Source: Clostridiales bacterium (lineage in GTDB: Bacteria > Bacillota > Clostridia > Christensenellales > Borkfalkiaceae). Taken from it: 64,000 nucleotides of DNA. The stretch spans positions 847 through 64,846 of the forward strand of contig JAFLVO010000006.1 in the NCBI GenBank assembly GCA_022508245.1, written 5' to 3'. The notes below the pieces were generated by a model. It had not been told where the DNA came from. It saw only the letters and a program-made list of their open reading frames with translations, and did no database searches. Of the stretch, positions 54,655-63,306 are shown in pieces. Numbering within the stretch: the first letter of the stretch is position 1; each line of letters opens with the position of its first letter. The translations under genes and the position numbers were made by a program.

Positions 54655-54890
54655 CGTATCTACGGCGCACTGCTTTGTCGCGCTCCGCTTTTCTCGGGTC
54701 ACGTACGTCTTTGTACGCTCCCCTTGAAAATGCTCGCGCTCCTAGCATTGCTTGTATCTCCGCATTTTAAACGGTTTAGACTTGCGGGTGTGAGTGTGCC
54801 GCTTGCTTCTCTGTGTTTTAAACTTGCGTAAGTGAGTGCATTGCTTGTATCTTCGCGTTTTAACGCGGTTTTAACTTGCGATTTTTTAAA
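54655..54890 (+). repeat. Rep-B intergenic palindromic repeat, copy R7, plus three tandem right-arm sub-repeats
   Basis: ggcgcactgctttgtcgcgctccgcttttctcgggtcacgtac-gtcttt-gtacgctccccttgaaaatgctcg. Then units at 54745-54795, 54796-54837 and 54838-54880 (gcattgcttgtatct..cg.ttttaa..cttgcg..gtgagt). Confidence 0.85.
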
Positions 54891-55005
54891 CTTTAAAAAC
54901 AATTTCGGATAAACTTATCGCCTCATTCCAAATTTCCGGGCGGTCGGTTTGTTTCGGTTCACATACAAAATACCATTTTAAATTTTTAACGGAGGAATCA
55001 AATTT

Positions 55006-55380
55006 ATGGCACGTATTGCCGGCGTAGATTTACCCAGAGAGAAAAGGGTTGAAATAGGCTTGACTTATATCTACGGAATAGGTTTAAAGACTTCCCAAAA
55101 AATTCTCGCTGCTACGGGCGTTGACCCCGACACGAGAGTTAAGGACCTCGATGAAACCACAGTATCCAAATTGAGAGAATACATTGACCACAATTTAAGG
55201 GTGGAGGGTGAGCTTCGCAGTGAAGTATCGCTCAACATCAAAAGACTTATGGAAATAGGCTGCTATCGCGGAATCCGTCACAGAAAGGGACTTCCCGTGC
55301 GCGGTCAGTCCACCAAGACCAACGCGAGGACAAGAAAAGGACCTCGCCGTACGGTAGCCAAGAAGAAGGGCGCTAAGTAA
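55006..55380 (+). CDS. rpsM: 30S ribosomal protein S13
   Basis: [26 protein letters not shown]. Confidence 0.98.
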   Translation: MARIAGVDLPREKRVEIGLTYIYGIGLKTSQKILAATGVDPDTRVKDLDETTVSKLREYIDHNLRVEGELRSEVSLNIKRLMEIGCYRGIRHRKGLPVRGQSTKTNARTRKGPRRTVAKKKGAK

Positions 55381-55391
55381 GGAGGACTATA

Positions 55392-55796
55392 ATGGCACAG
55401 GCTAAAAAACAGACTAAAACAGTAACAAGAAAGAGAAGAGAACTCAAAAAGGTTGACAGAGGTCAGGTGCATATTCAGTCCTCTTTCAATAACACTCTCG
55501 TAACCGTAACCGATTTGCAGGGCAATGCTATAAGCTGGTCGTCCGCAGGCAGCCTCGGGTTCAAGGGTTCGAGAAAAGGTACTCCCTTTGCAGCGCAGCA
55601 GGCAACCGAAACGGCTGTAAACGCAGCTAAAGCTCACGGGCTTCGCTCGGTTGAGGTTTACGTAAAAGGTCCCGGCGCGGGCAGAGAGTCGGCTATTCGT
55701 GCAATAGGCGCGTGCGAGGTTGAGATTACGCTCATTTCCGACGTATCCCCCATCCCTCACAACGGATGCAGACCGCCTAAACGCCGCAGAGTATAA
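55392..55796 (+). CDS. rpsK: 30S ribosomal protein S11
   Basis: [18 protein letters not shown]. Confidence 0.98.
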   Translation: MAQAKKQTKTVTRKRRELKKVDRGQVHIQSSFNNTLVTVTDLQGNAISWSSAGSLGFKGSRKGTPFAAQQATETAVNAAKAHGLRSVEVYVKGPGAGRESAIRAIGACEVEITLISDVSPIPHNGCRPPKRRRV

Positions 55797-55810
55797 GGAG
55801 GTAAGTAAAT

Positions 55811-56434
55811 ATGGCAACTTATAGAGAGGCAAAATGCCGCCTTTGCAGAAGAGAGGGCGGAAAGCTGTTTTTGAAAGGCGAAAAATGTTACAACGGCAAA
55901 TGCCCGTTTGAAAAGAGACCTATGGCTCCCGGTCAGCACGGACTTGCAAGAAAGAAGGTATCCGAATACGGTCAGCAGCTTCGTGAAAAGCAGAAGGTCA
56001 AGAGAATTTACGGCGTGCAGGAAGGTCAGTTCCGTTCCTACTACGAGAAAGCCGACAGAATGAAAGGCATCACCGGTGAAAATATGCTTTCACTGTTGGA
56101 GCGCAGGCTTGACAATGTCATCTACCGTATGGGTATAGGCGTAAGCCGTGCTCAGGCAAGACAGCTTGTAAACCACGGTCATTTCCTTGTAAACGGCAGA
56201 AAGGTAAATATTCCTTCATACATTATAAAGGTCGGCGATATAGTCACCGTCAAAGAAAGCAAAAATTCCAACAAATTTTTCGAAGAGCTTAAAGCAAGCA
56301 AGGGCGGAAATTTGCCCAAGTGGCTTGAATTCGACAACGGAAAGTTAGAGGGAAAGATATTGGCATTACCCGAAAGGGACGATATAGACAGTCAGATTTC
56401 CGAGCATATGATTGTCGAGCTGTACTCCAAGTAA
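55811..56434 (+). CDS. rpsD: 30S ribosomal protein S4 (N-terminal Cys4 zinc-finger form)
   Basis: [36 protein letters not shown], plus an S4 RNA-binding domain. Confidence 0.97.
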   Translation: MATYREAKCRLCRREGGKLFLKGEKCYNGKCPFEKRPMAPGQHGLARKKVSEYGQQLREKQKVKRIYGVQEGQFRSYYEKADRMKGITGENMLSLLERRLDNVIYRMGIGVSRAQARQLVNHGHFLVNGRKVNIPSYIIKVGDIVTVKESKNSNKFFEELKASKGGNLPKWLEFDNGKLEGKILALPERDDIDSQISEHMIVELYSK

Positions 56435-56458
56435 TAATCGGAAAAAGGAGGAAGTTAT

Positions 56459-57412
56459 ATGATCGAAATGGATATGCCCAAAATAGAGGTTATGGAGAGC
56501 GACGACCGCGCGTATGCGAAGGTTATCGTAGATCCGCTTGAAAAGGGCTTCGGTCTTACAATAGGCAACTGCCTTAGAAGAATACTTCTGTCGGCACTCC
56601 CCGGAGCAGCGGCACAAGGCATCAGATTTTTAGACGGCACGGTAAAACACGAATTTTCTGCAATCGCAGGCGTCAAAGAGGACGTAACCGAAATCATTTT
56701 AAACTTAAAAACTCTTGCAATCAAGACTACGGTAACCGATAAGGATTACGAAAAGAAAGTTCGTCTCTACAAAGAAGGACCTTGCGAGGTCAAGGCAAAG
56801 GATATATCCGAGGACGCCGAGATTGAAATTATCAACGGCGACCAGCACATCTGCACGGTAGACGCGGGCGGTAAGATTGATATGGAAATAACAATCGGGC
56901 GCGGCAGGGGCTACAAGGGCGCAGACCACACCCGTACTGAGCTTCTCGACTATATCCCCATCGACAGTATCTACACACCCGTCAAAAAGGTAAACTACTC
57001 GGTAGAAAACACCCGCGTAGGTCAGAATACCGACTACGACAAACTCACGCTCGAAGTGTGGACGAACGGCGCGTTCAGCGCAAAAGAAATCGTCTCTTTG
57101 GCAGCAAAGATTATGCAGGACCATATTTCGCTCTTCGTCGATTTATCCGATTCCATAAGGGATATGGATATTCTCGTAAAGAACGAGGACGACAAGCAGG
57201 CGAAAATTCTTGCAATGGCAATCGAGGAAATGGACCTCTCGGTTCGTTCCTACAACTGTTTAAAGCGCGCAAATATTCACACTGTAGAAGATTTAACCAA
57301 GAAAACCGAAGACGAAATGCTTAAAGTGAGAAACCTCGGCAAGAAGTCGCTTGACGAAGTCATCTTAAAGCTCGAATCTTACGGACTTTCACTTTCAAAC
57401 AAGGAGGACTAA
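56459..57412 (+). CDS. rpoA: DNA-directed RNA polymerase subunit alpha
   Basis: [17 protein letters not shown]-terminal domain [20 protein letters not shown]. Confidence 0.97.
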   Translation: MIEMDMPKIEVMESDDRAYAKVIVDPLEKGFGLTIGNCLRRILLSALPGAAAQGIRFLDGTVKHEFSAIAGVKEDVTEIILNLKTLAIKTTVTDKDYEKKVRLYKEGPCEVKAKDISEDAEIEIINGDQHICTVDAGGKIDMEITIGRGRGYKGADHTRTELLDYIPIDSIYTPVKKVNYSVENTRVGQNTDYDKLTLEVWTNGAFSAKEIVSLAAKIMQDHISLFVDLSDSIRDMDILVKNEDDKQAKILAMAIEEMDLSVRSYNCLKRANIHTVEDLTKKTEDEMLKVRNLGKKSLDEVILKLESYGLSLSNKED

Positions 57413-57415
57413 CAT

Positions 57416-57922
57416 ATGCCCGGCAAATTGGGAAGAACGGCAGAAGAGAGAGTTGCGCTTTTGAGAAATCAGGCGTCCGAGCTTCTGTGGTACGGCAAAA
57501 TCACAACCACCAAGGCAAAGGCCAAAGAGCTTCAGCCCTACGTTGAAAAGATAATTACCAAAGCTATAAAGGTCTACGACGACAACGTTGAATTCGACGA
57601 AAAGACCACCGACAAAAAGGGTAAGGAAATCACGGTAAAGGGCGTTAAAGACAGCCCCCGCAAGCTTGCGGTACGCCGTGAGCTTATGAGCAAGCTTCGT
57701 GACTTACAGGAAGTTAAGCCCTTTACGGAAAGCAAAAAGGCGTTTAAGGCAAGAACTGAAGATATTCAGCATCCCCTTATGGAAAAGCTCTTCAACGAGA
57801 TTGCTCCCAAGTACGCACAGCGTGCCGAAGAGAAGGGTCAGGGCGGCGGCTACACCAGAATTTATACTCTTGGTGCACGTCGCGGCGACAACGCAGAAGA
57901 AGCCATAATCGAATTAGTTTAA
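57416..57922 (+). CDS. rplQ: 50S ribosomal protein L17 with a ~45-aa internal insertion
   Basis: KLGRTAEERVALLRNQASELL...GGGYTRIYTLGARRGDNAEEAIIELV. 168 aa. Confidence 0.95.
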   Translation: MPGKLGRTAEERVALLRNQASELLWYGKITTTKAKAKELQPYVEKIITKAIKVYDDNVEFDEKTTDKKGKEITVKGVKDSPRKLAVRRELMSKLRDLQEVKPFTESKKAFKARTEDIQHPLMEKLFNEIAPKYAQRAEEKGQGGGYTRIYTLGARRGDNAEEAIIELV

Positions 57923-57926
57923 ATTA

Positions 57927-57960
57927 TAAAACTGCGCACTTTTTAAGAGCGCAGTTTTGC
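57927..57960 (+). terminator. intrinsic terminator of the alpha operon
   Basis: aaaactgcgc actttttaaga gcgcagtttt. Confidence 0.8.
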
Positions 57961-58115
57961 CATTTTCAGAGAAAAATGCAGTCCCAAATTATCGCCACGG
58001 GGCGGCATTTTTGTTGCGTATTTTTAATTTTGTTAAATTATATTTATTCATAAAGTTGCGTTTAGTGAAAAGCGTGTGATATAATTATAAAAACATATTT
58101 ACAAGGAAGATTGCT

Positions 58116-59339
58116 ATGGCAGATCACGTTTATAACGTTATTCAAAGCGTAGGTAGCGACAACCGCGAAATTATATACAAAACCAAAATTACCGATTTCA
58201 AAAATGACAGCGTGCTCATTGTCGAACCCTCGCAACAGGCCATTATATACAAGGACGGCGCGGCGGAAGAACCCTTTACTGCGGGTAAACACGTACTGCC
58301 CACCAACAACATCTCAAAATTCCGCGCATTTTTCAAAAAACTGTTCAGCCGCAACAAGGAAGAACCTGCCGGTGTTCCCTTCGAATGTGACGTATTCTTT
58401 GTAAATATGTCAAATGACATCCAGGTAGTTTGGGGCACGCCCAGCCGCATAATGGTTAAGGATCCCCTTTACAACGAGCTTGTTGAAGTCGGTTCAAACG
58501 GCAGTGTAAATATACAGGTTGTGGACGCAATGCAGTTTGTCTTAAACTTGGTCGGACGTATGCCCGAGTACTCGGTTGAGCGCGTTGCCGCAACCGTGCG
58601 CGCGGATATTTTAACGGTGTTAAAGACCAATCTCGCAAGTGCAATAGTGGACAACAACGTCAGCCTTTTGGAAATCAATACAAAGCTTGAGGAGCTGTCT
58701 GACTCGGTAGCGGCAAAGCTCAACCAAAAGCTTGCCGATTACGGCTTGGGCGTCCGTCACTTCGATATCGTAGAGATTTCTGTCGACGACGCTTCGAAGG
58801 GCAGACTGTTGGTAAGACAGAACAAAATCAACGCAAGAAACGACGTCATACTCGATTCGGATGCGATGACGACCGCCGACTACAACCGCACGGTAAGAAT
58901 GGCGGAGGCAAAGGCAAAAGAGCGCGAGATGCAGGGCTATACATATCAGGACGAACAGTATTGGAAGACTCAGCAGAATATGGCGGCGGGCGGCGGCTAC
59001 ATGCACGGCGGATATCCCTATCCCAATATGTACCCGGGTGCAGTTCCTCCCGTTCCCCCCATTAATCCCTACTACGGACAGCAGCCCATGTACGGCGGAG
59101 CGGCTTCTTTCTGCCCCAACTGCCGTGCGCCCATGCCCTACGGTGCGGCGTTCTGCCAGATGTGCGGCTATCGCGCACAGCCCGTTCAGCCCGTGCAGCA
59201 GCCCCCGCAACCTCAACAGACTTACGGTTTCTCGCAGGCGGCGCAGTCTGGAACCTGCCCCAAGTGCGGATATCCCGTAACGCCCCGCACGGAGAAATGC
59301 CCCAGTTGCAACTTGGATTTGACCAAAGATATTAAATAA
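58116..59339 (+). CDS. SPFH/band-7-like protein (YdjI / COG4260-like) with a P/Q-rich linker and two C-terminal zinc ribbons
   Basis: The N-terminal ~280 aa resemble YdjI-type SPFH. C-terminus has CPNC..CQMC and CPKC..CPSC. Extended -10 promoter TGaTATAAT at ~58076-58084. Confidence 0.7.
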   Translation: MADHVYNVIQSVGSDNREIIYKTKITDFKNDSVLIVEPSQQAIIYKDGAAEEPFTAGKHVLPTNNISKFRAFFKKLFSRNKEEPAGVPFECDVFFVNMSNDIQVVWGTPSRIMVKDPLYNELVEVGSNGSVNIQVVDAMQFVLNLVGRMPEYSVERVAATVRADILTVLKTNLASAIVDNNVSLLEINTKLEELSDSVAAKLNQKLADYGLGVRHFDIVEISVDDASKGRLLVRQNKINARNDVILDSDAMTTADYNRTVRMAEAKAKEREMQGYTYQDEQYWKTQQNMAAGGGYMHGGYPYPNMYPGAVPPVPPINPYYGQQPMYGGAASFCPNCRAPMPYGAAFCQMCGYRAQPVQPVQQPPQPQQTYGFSQAAQSGTCPKCGYPVTPRTEKCPSCNLDLTKDIK

Positions 59340-59364
59340 TTACCCTTTCGTGCGCAAAAACTAA

Positions 59365-59739
59365 ATGAAACAGATTCGCGAAGTACGCGTAAAAGACTTA
59401 ATAATTTATTTTTGGTTGCAGATAGGTGTCTTGGCAGTATTCTGGACAGCGTTCGGCGTAATTGTCGGGCTTAAGCTGCTTCCAGTGAGCATTTGGATAG
59501 AGCTGCTTGTGATAATCGCCTTAACCTATATGCCGTTCAGGTGTTTTCTCATCGGCTGTGTGCTTATGTACAAGGCATACGCGCCTATGTCGATAAGACA
59601 GGAGTGCAGATTTCATCCCACCTGCTCGACGTATATGATTCTTTCAATCAAAAAATACGGCATAATTGTCGGCGTAACCAAGGGAATTCGCAGAATTATA
59701 CGCTGCAAGCCCCCCAACGGCGGCGAAGATTGGCCGTAA
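59365..59739 (+). CDS. yidD: YidD-family membrane protein insertion efficiency factor with an N-terminal 2-TM extension
   Basis: CRFHPTCSTYMILSIKKYGIIVGVTKGIRRIIRCKPPNGGEDWP is the YidD signature, preceded by ~60 hydrophobic residues. Confidence 0.8.
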   Translation: MKQIREVRVKDLIIYFWLQIGVLAVFWTAFGVIVGLKLLPVSIWIELLVIIALTYMPFRCFLIGCVLMYKAYAPMSIRQECRFHPTCSTYMILSIKKYGIIVGVTKGIRRIIRCKPPNGGEDWP

Positions 59740-59757
59740 AAAAGTTCACAAATATTT

Positions 59758-59940
59758 AATTCTATTCTGCGAATTAAATATTTCGTGAGGCTTGGGAAAC
59801 AATGTTTCCTTTGCCGCAATTTTTAAGGGCAAACGAACATAGAATTACGGCAATTCCTTTCTTTTAAGCGCAGGTATGCGCAAATTGAGTGCGCATCCCC
59901 AAAAGCGTGATTTTGGGGCGCGCCATAAAGCGTTTGAAAA
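59758..59940 (+). repeat. Rep-A structured intergenic repeat, copy C1 (full length)
   Basis: ctattctgcg...atttcgtgagg-cttgggaaacaatgtttcc-tttgccgcaatttttaagggcaaacgaaca...aattacggcaattcc...atgcgcaaattgagtgcgcat-ccccaaaa gcgtga ttttgggg-cgcgcc. Confidence 0.85.
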
Positions 59941-59952
59941 GTTTAAAAAATT

Positions 59953-60040
59953 AAAAGCAATTCTGCGCAAGCATACGCAAATTGGGTGCGAAAGAAAAAA
60001 GCGTGGTTTTTCCTTTCGCCGTAAAGCGTTTTAAAATACT
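59953..60040 (+). repeat. Rep-A copy C2 (internally deleted, in tandem with C1)
   Basis: aagcaattctgcgcaag-catacgcaaattgggtgcg-aaagaaaaaa gcgtgg tttttcctttcgcc-gtaaagcg. Lacks the first two hairpins. Confidence 0.8.
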
Positions 60041-60086
60041 AAAAGCAAAAATAAAATAATATAATAAAATACTAAAGGAGAAACTT

Positions 60087-63000
60087 ATGGCACAAATTAT
60101 CAACTACACATGCCCTTCATGCGGTAGCCCGATTCTCCACGACGCAAAGCCTGACAAAGGAAACGCAACAGATTCCGAGTTTTGCTCTTGCTGTCAGCGC
60201 CGTTGGACAATCAAAGAATTAGATAACAAACCGTCAATAGACGGCATGTTCTCTGCAGCAGTAGGTTCCATGCCCGCAGGCGACGCGCTCGTTGCGTATG
60301 CGGATGACGCAGAGTCCGCGCTTGCTTACCTTGAAAACTGTCTCGATACATACAATTGGGACGATTTCATCCTTACGAACGCGCTTACAATTCCAGAAAT
60401 CGACAGGATGGTGGACAAAATTCTCGTAAAGAGCGCTGCCAATCCCGCAACATGGGAGCTGCAGTTCAAGGCGCTTTCCGATCCGCTTTTGAAGAAGATA
60501 AACGGTCTTGCAACCCTAGAGGAGAAGTTCTTTGCAGAGTACGTTAAATCGGACGACCTTGCAAACGCCTTCACCTACTACGACGCATATTCGTTCATCG
60601 CTTCGACTATCTCCGCAAAGGGCAGCGACGTAATCAAAAAGCTTGATAATGCCATCAAGTACTATAAAAAATACAAGGGCAACCCTGCAGTTGCAACCCA
60701 GCTTTCCGCACAGCTTTCACACTTACAGCAGAAAATTGCTTCGGTTAAGCCCGTAAGTGGCTACAAAGAGCTTCCCGGCTACGAGCAGGCTTATCAGCAG
60801 AAGCAGAAGAACATCTGCGACAAGCTTTCGGCACAGGGTATAGATGCCGAAGAAATTTACACCAAGGCAGTTGCCGACTACAAAGCAGGCGCAGACAGAC
60901 GTGCAACGCTTGCTGCTTTCACTAAAATCGACGGCTACAAGGACGCAGAGGACTACGTTAAAAAGCTCGACGCTTACTTCTCGTTCTCAATCACCGACGG
61001 ACTTATCATCCGCCTTGGCAACAAGTACTACATTCTCAAAGAGGGCGTGGCTCCCGCATTCCAGCTCAACCTCGGCAACAAGCAGCAGGCACCCGAGGAG
61101 GCAGAGCAGGTAGACGGCACCAAGCACTACGATTTGTACGAAATTAAGGACACCAAGCAGGAGAAGAAACCCGTTATTAAGGGGATTACCGATATTCTCG
61201 CTCACTTCGGCGGCTACCTTGTATATATTAAAGAAGATAAGACGCTCTGCACCTTTAACTCCAACGCAGCGGCAGAGACGGCTGAAACCGAAGTACATAA
61301 GGCAGGCAAGGGCGACTTCAACGACGCAAGCGGCAGCACCAAGTATTTTATTTCGGGCACCAATCTCTACATAACCACCAAGCTCAAGGCTGTTGCGCAG
61401 GAGAAGGCAGGCTGCTTTGCAAGTCTCTTTAAAAAGAAGAAGGACGAAGTTAAGATTTCCAACAGGAACAACTACGCTCTCCTTTCCCTGAATCTCGTAA
61501 ACGGTACGGCTGATACGGTTATTCCCGAATTAATCGATATAATGGATCGGTACGGCAATCAAATTTTCTACACTACCGCTTCCAAGGGCGAGCACGGCGA
61601 GGACGTAGAGATGTTCTACTCCTTCAATATGGACACCAAGAAAGTTAAATCGGTGCTCAGTGCAGATACTCAAATCGTGGACGTTGTGGACGGCAAGGTA
61701 ATTTACTTCCTTTGGGTTCCCAACAACTACAATATGGATCTGTACAGCCTTAATTTGGCTAACGGAGAGAAAACAAAGCTCGATAAGAACGTTTACGACT
61801 ATTACGCAACTATCGACGGTAAGATTTACTACTACATCGGTAACAACAACAACGTTACCCTGTACTCCATCAACACCGACGGCTCCGACAAGCAGGAAAT
61901 TATGCCCAATGCAGGCGGACTCGGCTCGGCAGTTGTTCGCAGCGGCTGGCTCTATATCAAAGTCGGCAGAGGCTTGAACGCCGCACTCAAAAAGATAAGC
62001 GTAGACGGTAAAAAGAGCGTAGTTCTCTGCACGCAGTATGACGAGCTTATCGACTTCCAGGACGGTTACGTCTACTATCTCGACACCCGCGGCGCTCTGC
62101 GCATAGTAAGAGAGGACGGCAGCGCAAACAAAGTAATATTGAACGACGTTAAGGAGCTTGTAAAGATTACGCGCGACGCAATCTATCTTCTTAAGAGGGA
62201 ATATATCGGCGTCGTTGACGCAGGTAGCAAGGGCGCATACTCCAAGTCGCTCTACAAGGTAGACAAAGTGGGTCACAATCTTACCAAGATTGCCTTCGAC
62301 GTTTCCAACGCAACGGAAAACAAGTACGATGACGACGAGCTCTACCTCTACAAAACCTCTACGGTTACTTATTCCGTTTCCGTTCCCACGGACGATAAGG
62401 GTAACTACGACACCCATTACGAAACCCGTAAAATCAAGTCGTTGCTCCTATATAATATCGTAGACGACACCTTCAAGGAAGTTGCTGTATTCGGCAGACC
62501 CGACGACGCTTCATTCTCATTCCAGAGCGGCTGCTTGAAGAAGAAGACCGTCACAAAGAACGCAATTATTAAGGAAATACCCAACAAGGTTACCTATCAG
62601 CGAAAGGGTAAGATGTCTGCAGGCGCAATCGGCGAAGAACAGGTTCAGCAGAGCGAAGGCGGCGCTCCCGTTGCGGCTAAACCCGCAAGCCAGCCCGTAC
62701 GTGCAAGCTCATCAAGCTCATCAAGCACAAAAGTTCTTTCGCTTGGTATGGGGAAAATAACCAATCCGGTTCATTTGCTCATTGTCAGCATAGTTTTGTA
62801 TGTTATTTCGGGCTTATACATGGGTCTAGTATTACCCCGGTTGCTTGAGTTCAACGACTTCCCCATCGGCATGGTTATTACTAGCATAATAGGCGCAATC
62901 GTTCTCGGTGCAGGCTACTTCAGTGTATTCAGAAACGCTAACGCTCAAAGAAAGGCAGCCAAGGCGGCAGGGCAAAAGGCAGACATCAAATACACCATCG

Positions 63001-63110
63001 CAATGGTAATTGCGGTAATCGGCTTGATGTCTTGCGTTGTAATGCTCGGTATATCGTTTGCGACGATGGCCGAATGCGGCGGCGGTTCCGACTACGGCGG
63101 CGGATACTGA
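60087..63110 (+). CDS. large protein: N-terminal zinc ribbon, helical region, DUF5050-like beta-propeller repeats, Ser-rich linker, C-terminal 3 TM
   Basis: CPSCGS...CSCCQRRW. Repeated [DG]G.[IV]YY...(L)YS(I)N.DG motifs (DGKVIYFLW, DGKIYYYIG..LYSINTDGSD, DGYVYYLD). SSSSSSS linker and hydrophobic C-terminus. RBS aaaggag. Confidence 0.7.
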   Translation: MAQIINYTCPSCGSPILHDAKPDKGNATDSEFCSCCQRRWTIKELDNKPSIDGMFSAAVGSMPAGDALVAYADDAESALAYLENCLDTYNWDDFILTNALTIPEIDRMVDKILVKSAANPATWELQFKALSDPLLKKINGLATLEEKFFAEYVKSDDLANAFTYYDAYSFIASTISAKGSDVIKKLDNAIKYYKKYKGNPAVATQLSAQLSHLQQKIASVKPVSGYKELPGYEQAYQQKQKNICDKLSAQGIDAEEIYTKAVADYKAGADRRATLAAFTKIDGYKDAEDYVKKLDAYFSFSITDGLIIRLGNKYYILKEGVAPAFQLNLGNKQQAPEEAEQVDGTKHYDLYEIKDTKQEKKPVIKGITDILAHFGGYLVYIKEDKTLCTFNSNAAAETAETEVHKAGKGDFNDASGSTKYFISGTNLYITTKLKAVAQEKAGCFASLFKKKKDEVKISNRNNYALLSLNLVNGTADTVIPELIDIMDRYGNQIFYTTASKGEHGEDVEMFYSFNMDTKKVKSVLSADTQIVDVVDGKVIYFLWVPNNYNMDLYSLNLANGEKTKLDKNVYDYYATIDGKIYYYIGNNNNVTLYSINTDGSDKQEIMPNAGGLGSAVVRSGWLYIKVGRGLNAALKKISVDGKKSVVLCTQYDELIDFQDGYVYYLDTRGALRIVREDGSANKVILNDVKELVKITRDAIYLLKREYIGVVDAGSKGAYSKSLYKVDKVGHNLTKIAFDVSNATENKYDDDELYLYKTSTVTYSVSVPTDDKGNYDTHYETRKIKSLLLYNIVDDTFKEVAVFGRPDDASFSFQSGCLKKKTVTKNAIIKEIPNKVTYQRKGKMSAGAIGEEQVQQSEGGAPVAAKPASQPVRASSSSSSSTKVLSLGMGKITNPVHLLIVSIVLYVISGLYMGLVLPRLLEFNDFPIGMVITSIIGAIVLGAGYFSVFRNANAQRKAAKAAGQKADIKYTIAMVIAVIGLMSCVVMLGISFATMAECGGGSDYGGGY

Positions 63111-63128
63111 TTTTTATAAACACAACAC

Positions 63129-63158
63129 AAAAGAGGCACGTTCAGTGCCTCTTTATAT
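63129..63158 (+). terminator. intrinsic terminator
   Basis: aaagaggcac gttca gtgcctcttt. Confidence 0.75.
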
Positions 63159-63306
63159 ATTGTAACACGCATAACTTAAGTGAAAAAAATACGCTTATCA
63201 AATTATTGACAAATTTAATGAAATGATATAATATAATTATAAAGTAATATCTCTTTTGTGTTCTCTTGGCGCAAGAGGGGTAAAAATAAACAAGGAGAAC
63301 AAAATT

